This document shows, one piece after another, positions 35,380 through 47,428 of a stretch of 64,000 bases of DNA (the stretch's first letter is position 1; each line of letters starts with the position of its first letter). Both the position numbers and the translations under genes were made by a program. The DNA is from Dendrobates tinctorius. Its lineage: Eukaryota. Under the pieces are notes generated by a model that searched no databases, had not been told where the DNA came from, and was given only the letters and a program-made list of their open reading frames with translations. Location: contig NW_027361907.1 in the NCBI RefSeq assembly GCF_039654945.1, positions 3,782,001 through 3,846,000 on the forward strand, in the 5' to 3' direction.

Positions 35380-38150
35380 TGTTAGGCGCCGGGATTCGCC
35401 TTCTGCACAGGAGAAATCCCAAGCCATGTCTTCTCCTGCGGTCTCCCATTCAGTCTCAGCGGATCCTGCTCAGCAGGTCTCAGAGTATTGCTCAGACACG
35501 TGCTGTGCAATTGATTGCTGCTGCCTCTCCAGGTTCAGCTATAGCAATCAACAGCAAACAGACCTCCTCTGACCACAATTTAGGATTAGCTCCCTTTTTG
35601 GTGAGGGCTACCAAAGGAGCTATGAGGGTGAAGAAATGAGGAATGAACTGACGATAATAATTTATGAAACACATAAAGCGCTGCACCGCTTTCAGGAAAT
35701 GTGGTTCCTGCCATTTCATTACAGATTCCAGAATAGACGAGGTATTGTTGCTTCGGTGAAATCTCATTTCACCAGGGCTACCATGTTAACTCGCCCCAAT
35801 GTGGATAAGCCCTTCATATTAGAAGTGGATGCCTCTTCCATCGGTGCTGGAGCGGTTCTGTACCAGAAGGACGCTCAAGGTCGTAAACATCCATGGTTTT
35901 TTTTCTCCAAGACCGTCACACCGGCAGAGAGAAACTATTCCATCAGGGACAGGGAGTTACTGGCATTGAAGTTAGCCTTCTCGGAGTGGAGACATCTCCT
36001 AGAAGGGGCTCGGTTTCCCTTCCAAGTGTTTACCGATCACAAGAATCTGCTGTACTTGCAGACAGCTCAGCCGTTGACCTCTCGCCAGGCCAGATGGTCC
36101 TTGTTCTTCTCCTGATTTAATTTCACACTTCATTTCCTCTTCTGGGAGAAGAATCTACGCGCCGATGCGCTGTCCAATTCTGTTCTCTCCTCTGAAGAGG
36201 GAGACGAGCCTCGGCTTATCGTCCCGTCGGAGAGTCTGCGTACGGTTGCCCCAGTTTCGCTGGAATCCGTGCCTCCGGGCAAGACCCTGGTGCCTCCTAA
36301 TCTGTGGCCGGAGGTTCTTGGTTGGGCACACACATCTAGGTTGGGTGGACATTTTGGTACCAATAGGACATCTGAGATCCTGGCGTGCTCATATTGGTGG
36401 CCGCTGATGGCGCATGACGTTAAGGATTGCATCCAGGTGTGTGTTTCTTGTGCCCAGAACCAGCCTTCCAGGTAGAGACCCGCGGGGCTTTTACATCCAC
36501 TGCCAGTAGCGGATAGGCCCTGGGAGATGGTCAGGATGGACTTCATAGTAGGTCTTGTTGAGTCTCATAATAATACCGTCATCTGGGTAGTCTCCGACTA
36601 TTTCTCCAAGATGCTACATCTTGTGCCCCTTCCGTCGGTCCCGTCGGCATTGCGTTGGCTACGCTTTTTATTAAGCACATTTTCCATTTGCACGGGATGC
36701 CCTACAAAGTTGTCAGTGACTGGGGTCCTTAGTTCGCTTCTCGGTTCTGGAGAGAGCTCTGTAGGCTACTCAGTATTGAGCTTAATCTTTTTTCAGCGTA
36801 TCATCCCGAGAAGAATGGGTTTGTGGAGAGGGCCAACCAGACTCTGGTCACATATCTTCAGCATTTTGTCTCTGCCAGGCATGACGACTTGGCATCTTTA
36901 CTGCCATGGGCAGTTTGCCCTTAATAGCGTGGTCGCCGATTCTACAAAGCAGACTCCATTCCTCCTTAATTATGGTCAGCATCTGCGGTTTCCCATTCCC
37001 ATTCCTGTCTCGTCTTCCGACTCTAGGGTGGTAGACTGGGCTGTGGAGGCTCGTGACATCTGGGACCCCACACAGGATGCCATCAAGGCCTCTAAGGAGA
37101 GAATGAGGGTTTCTGCTGATGCGCATTGTCTTCCCGCTCCTGTTTTCGCTCCCGGCGACTTGGTGTGGCTCTCTGCTCGGAATATCAAGCTGCACGTAGA
37201 GTCCACTAAGTTTGCTCCTGGTTTTTTGGGTCCCTTCAAGGTTCTGGGGCAGGTTAATCCTGTGATATATCGCCTGTCCCTTCCGCCGTGCCTTGGTATC
37301 ACAGACACCTTTCATGTCTACGTCTTGAAACCCGTTTATATGTCTCGGTTTTCTGAGTCATCTGCCGAGACGTTGGGTGCGTCTTCGGACAATTTTGATG
37401 TGAACACAATTGTCGGTTCCTAGGTGGCAAAATTTTTTATCTGGTTGACTGGAAGGGTCATGGTCCGGAGGATAGGACCTGGTATCCTTCTTCACAGGAG
37501 GAATCCCAAGCCATGTGTTCTCCTGCAGTCTCCCATTCAGTCTCGGCTGCAGCGGATCCTGCACAGCAGAGACATTGGTCTCAGCATATTGCTCAGACCC
37601 ATGCTGTACAATTGATTGCTGCTGCTTCTTCAGGTTCAGCTATAGCAATCAACAGCAAACAGCAGCGAGCAGTCGTTCATGAGACTAAGTCCGGGTCTCG
37701 CCCAACTGAGCATGCTCGTGTGGTGGCAACCTCTCTTTGGTGGTCGGCAGTCAGCTGCTCAGGTCCTCAAGCGAGCTGGAATTGGTTATCTAGCAAGGTC
37801 CTGGCAGACTGGGATCTATAAAAGGATCTCATAGCCGCACGGCCGTGCGCTAGTATAGACCATGTGGTGTGTGTGTTGTATGCACGTATGATTGTTTTTG
37901 GTGACTGACTCATTATGAACCCCTACCCTTGGTATGCATGTGTTGTTCAGCCCTGCTAGCTAGTGCCTCAGGCAGAGTCAGTGCCTAGCATCAGCGCCAA
38001 GTAGTGGCATCACATGTGCGACACTGTGTGCATAGTGGGTCTGGTCAGACTCTAGCCCCAGCGTTCTAGGGGTTGAGCCTAGAGACCTCACTCGTGCCAA
38101 ATCTGCTGTGCCCTGTTACGTTCAACAGGGAATAGCATTCTTTTACGTTT
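35380..38150 (+). mobile_element. Rearranged Gypsy chromovirus: truncated 5' LTR, inverted pol piece, RNase H, integrase, chromodomain, 3' LTR
   Basis: TGTTAGG start; 35401-35561 is repeated at 37488-37662. EVDASSIGAGAVL, FTDHKNL, GHFG..CVSC, MDFIVGL, GPFKVL, YLVDWKGHGPEDRTW (chromodomain). TATAAAA at 37817. Right end not defined. Inserted in a hAT-type MITE starting at 35001. Confidence 0.9.
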
Positions 38151-38281
38151 TTGCTTCGTCTCTGTGTCCCTGTCCGGCATGTTTTGCTGCTGTTGGGCAG
38201 TAAATCACTGTGATTGGCCAGCCGCGTCATGTCATCGGGTCAATCTAAGACCTGGGGAGCCGATTCTCAGCCCACTGGCCC

Positions 38282-38311
38282 TATATATATATTTATATAT
38301 ATATATATATA
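38282..38311. repeat. (TA)n microsatellite
   Basis: TATATATATATTTATATATATATATATATA. Confidence 0.9.
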
Positions 38312-38312
38312 C

Positions 38313-39414
38313 GGAGACACAGAGATGAGGCTCCTTCTCCTTCTATGATTTTTATGATGCTGGCAGACACGACTGATATACGGGCAGGCTATGAATCCAG
38401 TTAAGACAGGACAAGCCAGAATGGTTTCAGAAGAACTGGGTCTCTGGCAAGGGGATACTGAACCACAACTGTGGACAGAAAAGGAATCGCAGATGCGGAC
38501 AGACATGGAATTGTATATGTAGACAAACAGAAAATCACACATATAAACAGGCAGTGAACCACAAATACAGTCTGCAGACAGGCAGGGAACCGCAGATGCA
38601 GTGGACAAGTACACACAGGACTGACAGGACCAAGTTCACACAAGACCAATACAAGGACAGGTACACACATGACAGCCAGAGCCAGACTCACACAAGGTAC
38701 TTACAATGAAGTAGCAAGAATAGATGCAAACACTAATGTTGCACAGAGGCAACAGATTAGAAATAGGTACAGGTTCAGACACTGCAGGTTTTAAAGATAG
38801 GTACAGGTTCAGACACTACAGGTTTTAGGGATAGGTATAGGTTCAGACACAGTGAATTTAGGAAAAGATCCAAACTTAGATACAAACAGGTTCAGGGATG
38901 GGTCCTAATTCAGACAAGGACAGTCACGGATTCAGGGATTAGGCCTGGATATTCAGTCTCCAGGCTTGCTGAAACAGGAAAGATCAGATACAGGTGTAGA
39001 ATCAGGGTTCAAGCCTGGGTATTCAGCCCACAGGGTGGCAGGAGCACAAAAGATCAGATACAGGTACAGATTCAGGGTCCAACCCTGGGTATTCAGCCCA
39101 CAGGGTGGCAGGAACAAGAAAGGACCTGGTAATTCAGCAGATGCACAAACACACTGAAAGATATTATTGCTCAGGCAGCTCCCAGCAGGTGGAGTTGCCT
39201 TAAATACTAAGTGCCTCCAAGATATTGACTGAGAATTCATTAGGAGTGCATGCACTGTCTCTTTAAGAACTAGGAAGCTCCCACACGTGCACCCTAAACA
39301 TGCACAGCAAGCAGGACCAGAAGCTCACTGCATGGCCTGGAGTGGTGAGTAAGTCTGTGTCCCTGTATGGTAGTGGATGGGAAGCCATGCAGAGACAAAA
39401 GCAGTGGTGTTACA
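38313..39414 (-). mobile_element. LTR-like relic related to 5204-6846, with short internal tandem repeats
   Basis: Ends TGTTACA at 39414. The reverse complement TGTAACA..CTGCATGGC.TCCCATCC..ACTTACT..CCATGC matches the start of the 5204 element. Left end not found. Confidence 0.6.
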
Positions 39415-39487
39415 CATTGGATTTCTGAAAGAGGTTAAATAGCATTATTTCTAAAAATAAAAAGCTTTAGCCCATCTTCAGTGTATA

Positions 39488-39884
39488 CAGTGTGTCAGTA
39501 AAGTCATAGTGCACTTTTGACCAGTCACTGGGAAGCAACAAAAAAATATAGAAATGTGAAATTTGCTCCAAATAAAAGAAAAACTCCCAGTTTCATACCT
39601 ATTCAGTGCAGTTCGATGTGGGCTCTATTTGTTGCCCTACACACATCCAAACGATAGTGAAGTTCTTGCCACACAAGGGTAAGGACCTCTGGTGTAACAG
39701 AGTGAATAATGTCTGTGATTCTCTGTTTTAAATGATTAATGTCGCTGATACGTTCAATGTACACTTGTTGCTTCACATAACCCCAAAAGTAAAAGTCTAA
39801 GGGCGTCAGATCTGGGGATCATGGTATACTTATATACTTTCCTGTGACTGTTCAAAATTGCACCATGACTTTACGGACACACTG
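39488..39884 (-). mobile_element. Internally deleted mariner-like element (DDxD class, DD41D/rosa-like motif)
   Basis: TA TSD. TIR CAGTGTGTC.GTAAAGTCAT.GTGCA. The minus strand retains SPDLTPLDFYFWGYVKQQVY. Confidence 0.8.
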
Positions 39885-41539
39885 TACTTAATCCTTAAAT
39901 TGTGCATCCTCCAAAGTGGTGTCATTGAAACAAACATGTTGCAATGCCTTTATTCAGTGATATTCCTGAAATGACATAAAAGGTTATGATCCTTGGAATG
40001 TGGTTATACAAGAACAGGAAAGAAAATGCAATGTACTGAAGAGCCCAAAATAATGGCAATTCACAAAATTATTCTACCATTTTGTTTACAGCTTCTTTGC
40101 AGACCTATATATTTTTATCCTTGTGGGTTTCCAAGTCTGCTTGATTTATTTTGTTCCTTGTTTGTTGTTAATTGGATGTACATGAGAAGGAAGTAAAGGA
40201 AAGGTGCAGTAGATGGGATTTCGAATGCATTATCAGACTATACGGGGTCATATACTGTAGCTCTTCATACGAGACATTAAACAATTCTGTATTTTTAACT
40301 AAGATCTGCTTATTTGCTTTACTTGTAAATGTGTTGTAACAAGAAAAATAGGGTATGTATGCAAATATCTAAAAATCCCATAGAATACTCCTGCAAATAC
40401 ATAGTGCATACTGTACAAAGTATTCTGTTGTTAAAAAGAAGATAAAGTATTTGATTTCTTTGTTTCTCCTTTAAATGTATTTCCAAATTCCATAATACTT
40501 TCTTATTTTCTCTTCATCCCCAATGGATTTAAATGGAGTTAAAAAAATGAATGGAAAAAAATGAAAAGCAGTATAATTCTTATTGTTGGCATACCAGCAG
40601 ATAATGGCGTCTGTGCATTTTGAGTGTGGACTTTCTAATGGTCACGACCTCTACAATGTGGATTCCCAGCTGTGCTGTGTGCTTTACATTTCAGAGGTTT
40701 CTTGCTGGGAGTCTCATATAGAATGCATATACAATGATCATGATTAGTTTATGAATTGCGCAGTCCCCATTCAGCTATTTATTTTAACATTTGAGGTTTT
40801 CCTTTAGTTCAGCAATTTCAAAACAAACAGAAAGTGTCAAGGTCAAGTGTAAGTTTCAACAGCGTAATAATGATTTCCGTGCTCGAACAGTCAACATGAC
40901 CTGGCCCATATTGTCTGGTCTTCCTAGAGAAAGGTACAATAATGAGTGTCTGCAGGCAACAGTCAAGCCTGGTGGAGTTCCTTAAACGGATAGGATCAAT
41001 AGAGTCCTCAGTGCAGTTACTTACGCATCATGCAGTATCATCAGTGAGGCATCGAATTGGCTCCAAATCCACAAACCTGCATCCACAAAAGGTCTGTGAT
41101 TAGTTCACCAAGATGTTGGGAACAACCTCTTTGTTGAGTTTCTTCAAAAACCATGTGCCAGTGAACCTATAAAAAATGATGCTTTGATGCTGTTTTGAAG
41201 GCAAAGGACGGTCACACCAAATATTGATTGGATTCAGATTTATTTTTACGTCATTCACTATGCATTTTGTTAATTCCTAAAAATCAACTTCTATTTTTGA
41301 AAGCATTATTAGTTTGCAAGTTTTTTCCCCATGCCTGCCTAAAACTTTTGCACAATGCTGTTTATATATACTAGGCATTTTTCTATCTAGATGAAAGTAG
41401 TGAGGTTAAGGATTATCTAATGTGTATGGGCAAGTTAACTAGCCCCAACATCTACTGTCATTGAAAACATATTAAAATCCAGCGTGCCCATTTCTTTGTT
41501 CTTTGGGGACATAATAAGTCTCTGTCAGTTGTTTATTTA

Positions 41540-41734
41540 GGGCTCATACTCACATACAAGGAACTCAGACGAGTCTCACATCTTAATACCCGGCACTGCC
41601 GCCGGCACTCGGGAGCGGAGCGTGCGGCTGCATAGAAATACATGCAGCTAAACGCTCCTATCCGAGTGCCAGCGGCAGTGCCGTGTATTGACTTGCGAGA
41701 CTCGGCTGAGATTCTTGCATGTGAATATGAGCCC
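41540..41734. mobile_element. Harbinger-type MITE
   Basis: TTA TSD. TIR GGGCTCATA.TCACAT. Internal homology with 54786-55003. Confidence 0.85.
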
Positions 41735-41966
41735 TTACTCTCTATCTGGCAATACACAACCCGCTTTGCAAATTATTCATCAGTAAAAAATAATCACCTT
41801 ATTAATGAGACACCTGGAATAAGAACTGGCTAAACAGCCATGTTACTTTGGATAATAATCATAAGAGCAAGGGCATAGTTTACTGACCAGAGAAACAATT
41901 TCTTGCGCAGCTTTTACTACACAACGCAGCTGCGCCCACTAAGATTTACAATGTATTATTCTGCAG

Positions 41967-42499
41967 CACGAAACAATCACTGACCTCAGGGAGACCAGTC
42001 AAAGAAAACACTGCGGCAGCCGGCAAAGGCGCTCAATCAGTGAAATCCTAGGTGCATTACTCCCTGGGAAATATGAATATGCAAATAAAGTCCGTGGAGC
42101 CTCATTTAAGAGTCTCAAACACGGGACTAGCCAGATCTTCCTCCAGGGAAGGACCCAGCCAAGGGGTGACTCCTTTCGGAAACCACCAGTACCACCATAT
42201 TAAGAGGCCCTTTAAGTTAATATCCAGCTCTTTACGAGTTTACAGATATGACAAGGGAAATACCAAGGCCAGGTATCCATCCACAGACAGCTGTTTCAGG
42301 GTGTCTGTGGATGGATACCTGGCCTTGGTATTTCCCTTGTCATATCTGTAAACTCGTAAAGAGCTGGATATTGACTTAAAGGGCCACTTAATATGGTGGT
42401 AATGGTGGTTTCCGAAAGGAGCCACTCCATGGCTGGGTCCTTCCCTGGAGGAAGATCTGGCTAGTTCCGTGTTTGAGACTCTTAAATGAGGCTCCACGG
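41967..42499. mobile_element. Penelope-like hairpin insertion (198-bp inverted arms plus 125-bp unpaired extension)
   Basis: 14-bp TSD GTATTATTCTGCAG (41953-41966, 42500-42513). Arms 42092-42289 and 42302-42499 differ at about 7 sites. Minus-strand GAAACAGCTGTC at the apex. Confidence 0.8.
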
Positions 42500-43595
42500 G
42501 TATTATTCTGCAGGTATTTGTCAGGCGTGTTTGTTGCTTGCTCCATGATGGGGAAGCGCTCTCAAAATAAACAAAGCATGAGGGCTTAATAAAATGGATG
42601 TGAAAGATGTGTCAGCTGACATCATTTGGAGAAACGTAGAGGAAGCTAAATATTTACGTGTTTCTATCTTATTGTACAAGTTGTTTGTACAAAGATAGCT
42701 GCATTCTTGGTTCCTATGCACCATCACAAATCTCATGTTGGAGAAACCTCTTAATACCACATCAGTTTTCTTTTCTTAGCACAATAGCTGTAATTTATTC
42801 ACTCATAATATAATTCGACATTTCAGGCTAATTATCCTTAAATAGCAAAATATTCAGTAGCTGTGATCTCATTATAGAAATCCTTAAGGGAGTCTATCAC
42901 CGTCAAAACTCTTAATGAAACCTTTTATACATTCATAAAGTAGACTTTTGCCCCTAAAAAAAAATCATATCTGCAGTAAAAATTATTTTATTACTTATAT
43001 AAATGAGTACTCAGTGCACACTTGTCGTGGCCAAGGGTTCCATTCAGCCCTTTCCCGGCACTTCCTGTTATGTTGATTGACAGCACTCACTGTGGAACAC
43101 TAGATGAATTGCACTGTACGCACTGACACTGCAGGAGCTGATAGCACACAGCATCAGAGCCGGAGGGCACTCTCTCCCTCTCCTGTCAGCATTGTCTGCC
43201 CACTATTGTGTAATCCTAAATTCAGTCAGTGGTAAACAGGAGTGAACCTGCACTGACACTGTATGTGCTTTGTTCATTGTCTATTGTATTGTTGAGTACA
43301 GTGCTCCAGCAGTCCCATTCAGGATGTGGCTACAGAGCCCTGTTCTCGGGATTAGATAGCTCCTATCTTTTAGTATGGCTGGGAGTCCCAACTCCAGCCC
43401 ACAGCAATCTTCAGGTTATTTCCTATCTTATCCTTATTTTTTAAGAATAACCTTTAAAGGTGTAATTTTATGGATTTTTAAAGAGAATATGGTTGGAGTT
43501 TGTATTCGTTTTCATCATACTGCAGAATCTTTACCTGCTGTAGTCCTGGTTTTCATCATGGTGGCTAATTTTTTTAAAGTGACCAATATAGCCCA

Positions 43596-43874
43596 ATATT
43601 CAGGATTGAGAGTCCTCAGTAGTTGATACCTTTTAATGGCTAACTGAAAAGATGGTAATACATTGCAAGCTTTCGAGACTACTCAGGTCTCTTCATCAGG
43701 CTAGACTAATACAAAATCAGTAGTCTCGAAAGTCTGAGTAGTCTCGAAAGCTTGCAATGTATTACCATCTTTTCAGTTAGCCATTAAAAGGTATCAACTA
43801 CTGAGGACTCTCAATCCTGAATATTTTTCTATCCACTGGCTAACACGGTACAAAGATATACATCTTTCCTGTAT
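43596..43874. mobile_element. Penelope-like hairpin insertion (92-bp perfect inverted arms plus tail)
   Basis: 12-bp TSD CAATATAGCCCA (43584-43595, 43875-43886). Arms 43595-43686 and 43734-43825. Contains a hammerhead motif. Confidence 0.85.
43663..43702 (-). ncRNA. Minimal type I hammerhead ribozyme motif (Penelope-type, probably dimer-dependent)
   Basis: Minus strand AGC-CUGAUGA-A-GAGAC-CUGAGUA-GUCUC-GAAA-GCUU-GCAA. Both conserved core boxes, a 5-bp stem II, palindromic AAGCUU in place of stem III, and a very short stem I (GC/GC). Confidence 0.75.
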
Positions 43875-44550
43875 CAATATAGCCCATACATCTTTGAATC
43901 CTCTTTTGTATATATTCAATAGATTATTGTCATGTGGCCTGTACGCCCTAGGGGGCTCCCTGGCCTGTCTGAACATTTGAATATTTGCTTAGAATAAGAA
44001 AATTCAGGAAAAGCTGAACTGAGTATTAGGAGATTTTCAGGTACATCTTTAAGTTTCATAATTATAAATTTTCTAATGAAAACATGCAGGTATCCGTCAG
44101 CACACATCCTATGCCAATGCCATCCACCATGAAAATCTTTTTTAATTTTAAGAGCACCCTAAATAGATTAGTCATAGTCACTGCGTGACAATCCCAATCT
44201 GCAAATTCTAAAAAAAATTGTTAGTGCAGTGCTTCTCAATCTGTGAGGGTGGCATCACGCATAAGGCCTCAGGCCTCACCGGCTTGTTGTCTGAAGAGGT
44301 AGTTTTTATAAAATTGATCATATTTTGCACAGGCCTTTTTATGGCTGCAGCTATTTCTATTTCAGCAACAGATCTGACTGAGTTTACGAGGAAACAATTG
44401 TAAAATTAAGAGACATTTTTAGTTTAAGTGTCTGTTTACATGGATCAGCTGACAGCACTAAATGAGCACTGACAGATAAACATTTACCGATTAAAGGTAA
44501 TTTAATAAAATTCTTACACAGGCAGACCGCGGTAAGTGATGCGCCCTAAA

Positions 44551-44987
44551 CATAGTAACATGGTAACATAGTTATTAAGGTTGAAGGGAGACTTTAAGTC
44601 CATCTAGTTCAACCCATATCCTATCCTAACTTGCCCTAACATGTTGATCCAGAGGAAGGCAAAAAAAACCCATGTGGCAAACAGTAGGCTTCACATTGGG
44701 GAAAAAAATTCCTTCCCGACTCCACATACGGCAATCAGACTAGTTCCCTGGATCAACGCAATATTAAGGAAACTAATGTATATACCCTGTAATATTATAC
44801 TTTTCAAGGAAGGCATCCAGTCCCTTCTTAAATTTTAGTAGGGAATCACTCATTACAACATCATATGGCAGAGAGTTCCATAGTCTCACTGCTCTTACAG
44901 TAAAGAATCCGCATCTGTGAGTATGCTTAAACCTTCTTCCCTCCAGACATAGAGGATGCCCCCTTGTCCCCGTCACAGGTCTAAGAG
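44551..44987 (-). mobile_element. 3' end of a different CR1 subfamily
   Basis: TRGHPLCLEGRRFKH..FFTVRAVRLWNSLP..FKKGLDAFL and a (CATAGTAA)n tail. Cut by a Harbinger MITE starting at 44991. Confidence 0.85.
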
Positions 44988-45534
44988 TAAGGCTATGTGC
45001 CCACGTAGCGATTCTCATGCAGAATAAACCTGCGCAGAATTGCACACCCTGCTCCCAGGAAAACGCATGCGTTTTTTGACACGCTTTTGTAAGCGTTTGT
45101 CAAGCGTTTTTGCCCATATAATTGATGGTATGTGGAATTGCGTGCGATTCCGCAAAATTAATGAACATGCTGCGTTTTTAACCGCTAAGGCTACTTTCAC
45201 GCATCAGGTTTTCGCCGTCAGGCGCGTTCCAGCGTCGTGCCAGAGCGCCGGATCCGGCAAATGTTTTGTAAAACCTGATGTGATGGATCCGGTTTTCTGC
45301 CGGATCCGTCTTGCGCATGACAGCCAAAACCGGATCCGTCTCATCCGGTTCATCCGGTTTTCGATCCGTTTTTCGACGGATTACGCCGGATCCGGTTTTT
45401 AAAAAGGCCCCTTGTGGCCTTCCGAACAGGATTGGCTACTGAAAAACTATATATAGCGTGTTCCTACAGCCCTTCTTTGACAGGTTGTAGAGGAGAAAGT
45501 GCAGGTTGGAGAGAAGAGCAAGTGACTGGCGAAG

Positions 45535-46918
45535 ATGGATGTTGTCATTGGAAATATTTTGAAGAATTTGGCGGATTTTACAGCGGAGGCGAATCGTTTG
45601 AGGGTGATTGTTCTGGAGAAGGAGAGAGCGAGACAGCAGCGCATCAGGCATCGTAGACGACGTTTGTGGATCCACCCCATCACAGCCAAGAGAATGACGC
45701 GTGGGGTCTATTCTACACTCTGCATGGACCGTAGACGAAACCCGGAGAAATTTTTTGGATATGTTTGGATGAAAATGGAGAATTTTGATTACTTGGTGGA
45801 GCGCATTGCACACCTCATAAGAAAATCGGACACCTATTGCCGCTTCTCTGTTTTACCCGCAGAGCATCTGATGGTGACTTTAAGGTAAGCCACATTTATT
45901 GGATACGCTCGCATCAGAGCACACTTTCACTGCAATCTTGTTGGTGGTAGTTTGTATGTCCAAGTGTTATAGCTGAGTTTTGGTATGTAATGCTGTTATT
46001 TTAAACTAATTGATTGTTTTTTAACTTCCCATAGATTTCTTGCAACTGGAGAATCCCTTTCGTCACTGCATTTCCAGTAAAGACTCGGGATTTCCACCAT
46101 ATCTGGAATAGTGAAGCACACATGCCGTGCACTGTGGGACTCCTTAGCTGAAGAATTTTTACCAGAGCCCCCCACCTGAGAGGTGGATTGAAATTTCTGA
46201 AAAGTTTCTACAGATATGTCGGTTTTCGAACTGCTTGGGCGCTGTGGATGGGAAACATATCCGCATTGTAAAGCCAGCTGGATCGGGATTGGAATATTTC
46301 AATTACAAGAAATATTTTTCAATTGTCCTCATGGCCATCGCTGACGCGGAATACAAATTTATTGCTGTTGATATTGGGGCCTATGGTCGCTCAAATGACT
46401 CTCAAGTTTTCAAACTGTCTGCCATGGGGCGTAAACTGTATGGAAACACCTTCCAGTTCCCATCCCCTAGACCGCTGCCGCAAACATCTGGACCACCTAT
46501 GCCATTTGTCTGTGTAGGGGATGAAGCCTTCCAGCTGTCAGAACAGCTTTTGAAACCGTACGGTAGCAGAGGATTGTCAAGAGCAAAACGCATTTTTAAT
46601 TACCGCCTCACAAGAGCAAGAAGAATGGTTGAATGTACCTTTGGTATTCTGACAGCCAAATGGCGGGTCCTATTGACTGCGATCAACCTCAAGACAGAAA
46701 CTGTGGACGAGGTGATCAAAGCTTGCGTGGTACTCCACAATTTTGTTATCTGCAAGGAACCCATTTCCATTGAGGACACCTCTGAAGAAACCACCTTGCA
46801 AGATTACCAGAACATTACCACTAGAAGTCCTGTGACGGTTTCAGTAATGAGGGACAATTTTGCACAATACTTTATGTCGCCTCAAGGCAGAATAGACTGG
46901 CAGGATGACAGAGTGTGA
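45535..46918 (+). pseudogene. Harbinger DDE transposase, 2 exons (45535-45884, 46035-46918)
   Basis: Splicing the GT-AG intron restores LMVTLR-FLATGES. Catalytic GAVDGKH, VGDEAF and RMVECTFG present. Nonsense TAA at 46078-46080 and a +1 frameshift in the poly-C near 46170. Confidence 0.92.
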
Positions 46919-47428
46919 AAGATTTGTGCCCTAACCACACTTGTGTACCTTCTGTACCAACAGTATATACCTTTGCCAACCAAAGTTGGCTATCTTGTCC
47001 TGGTTTAACTATTTTTACCTTTAGGCCACAGGTGTGTACCTGGTTGTGTTTTATGCAAAGTATTTCACCTTTTAACAAAAGTTGTGTACATTTTTAGGAA
47101 ATCACCAACAAGATACACAACTTTTTTGGTGAAATAGTTTGCTTCAAACACAACCAGGAACACAACTGTGGCAAAAAGGTAAAATTTATTTACCTTTTAC
47201 CTACAGTTAGATACCTGGTTTTGAGAACCTTTTTACCTTTTAAATACCCTGTATTTAACCTTTTTTTTACCATATTTCGCCGCAGAAAGAAATGACAGGC
47301 AACCAGTGTAAAACAATAATTAAACTTTTGTTGAAAATTTTTTTTTTTAGAATACTTTTTTGAAATTTAAAAACTTTAATAAAACTTTTAAACCACAAAC
47401 TTGTTAATTTATTTAAAAACACACATTC

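Noticed and set aside
42052-42497. Mirror-image ORFs on both strands
   Set aside because: A by-product of the palindrome.
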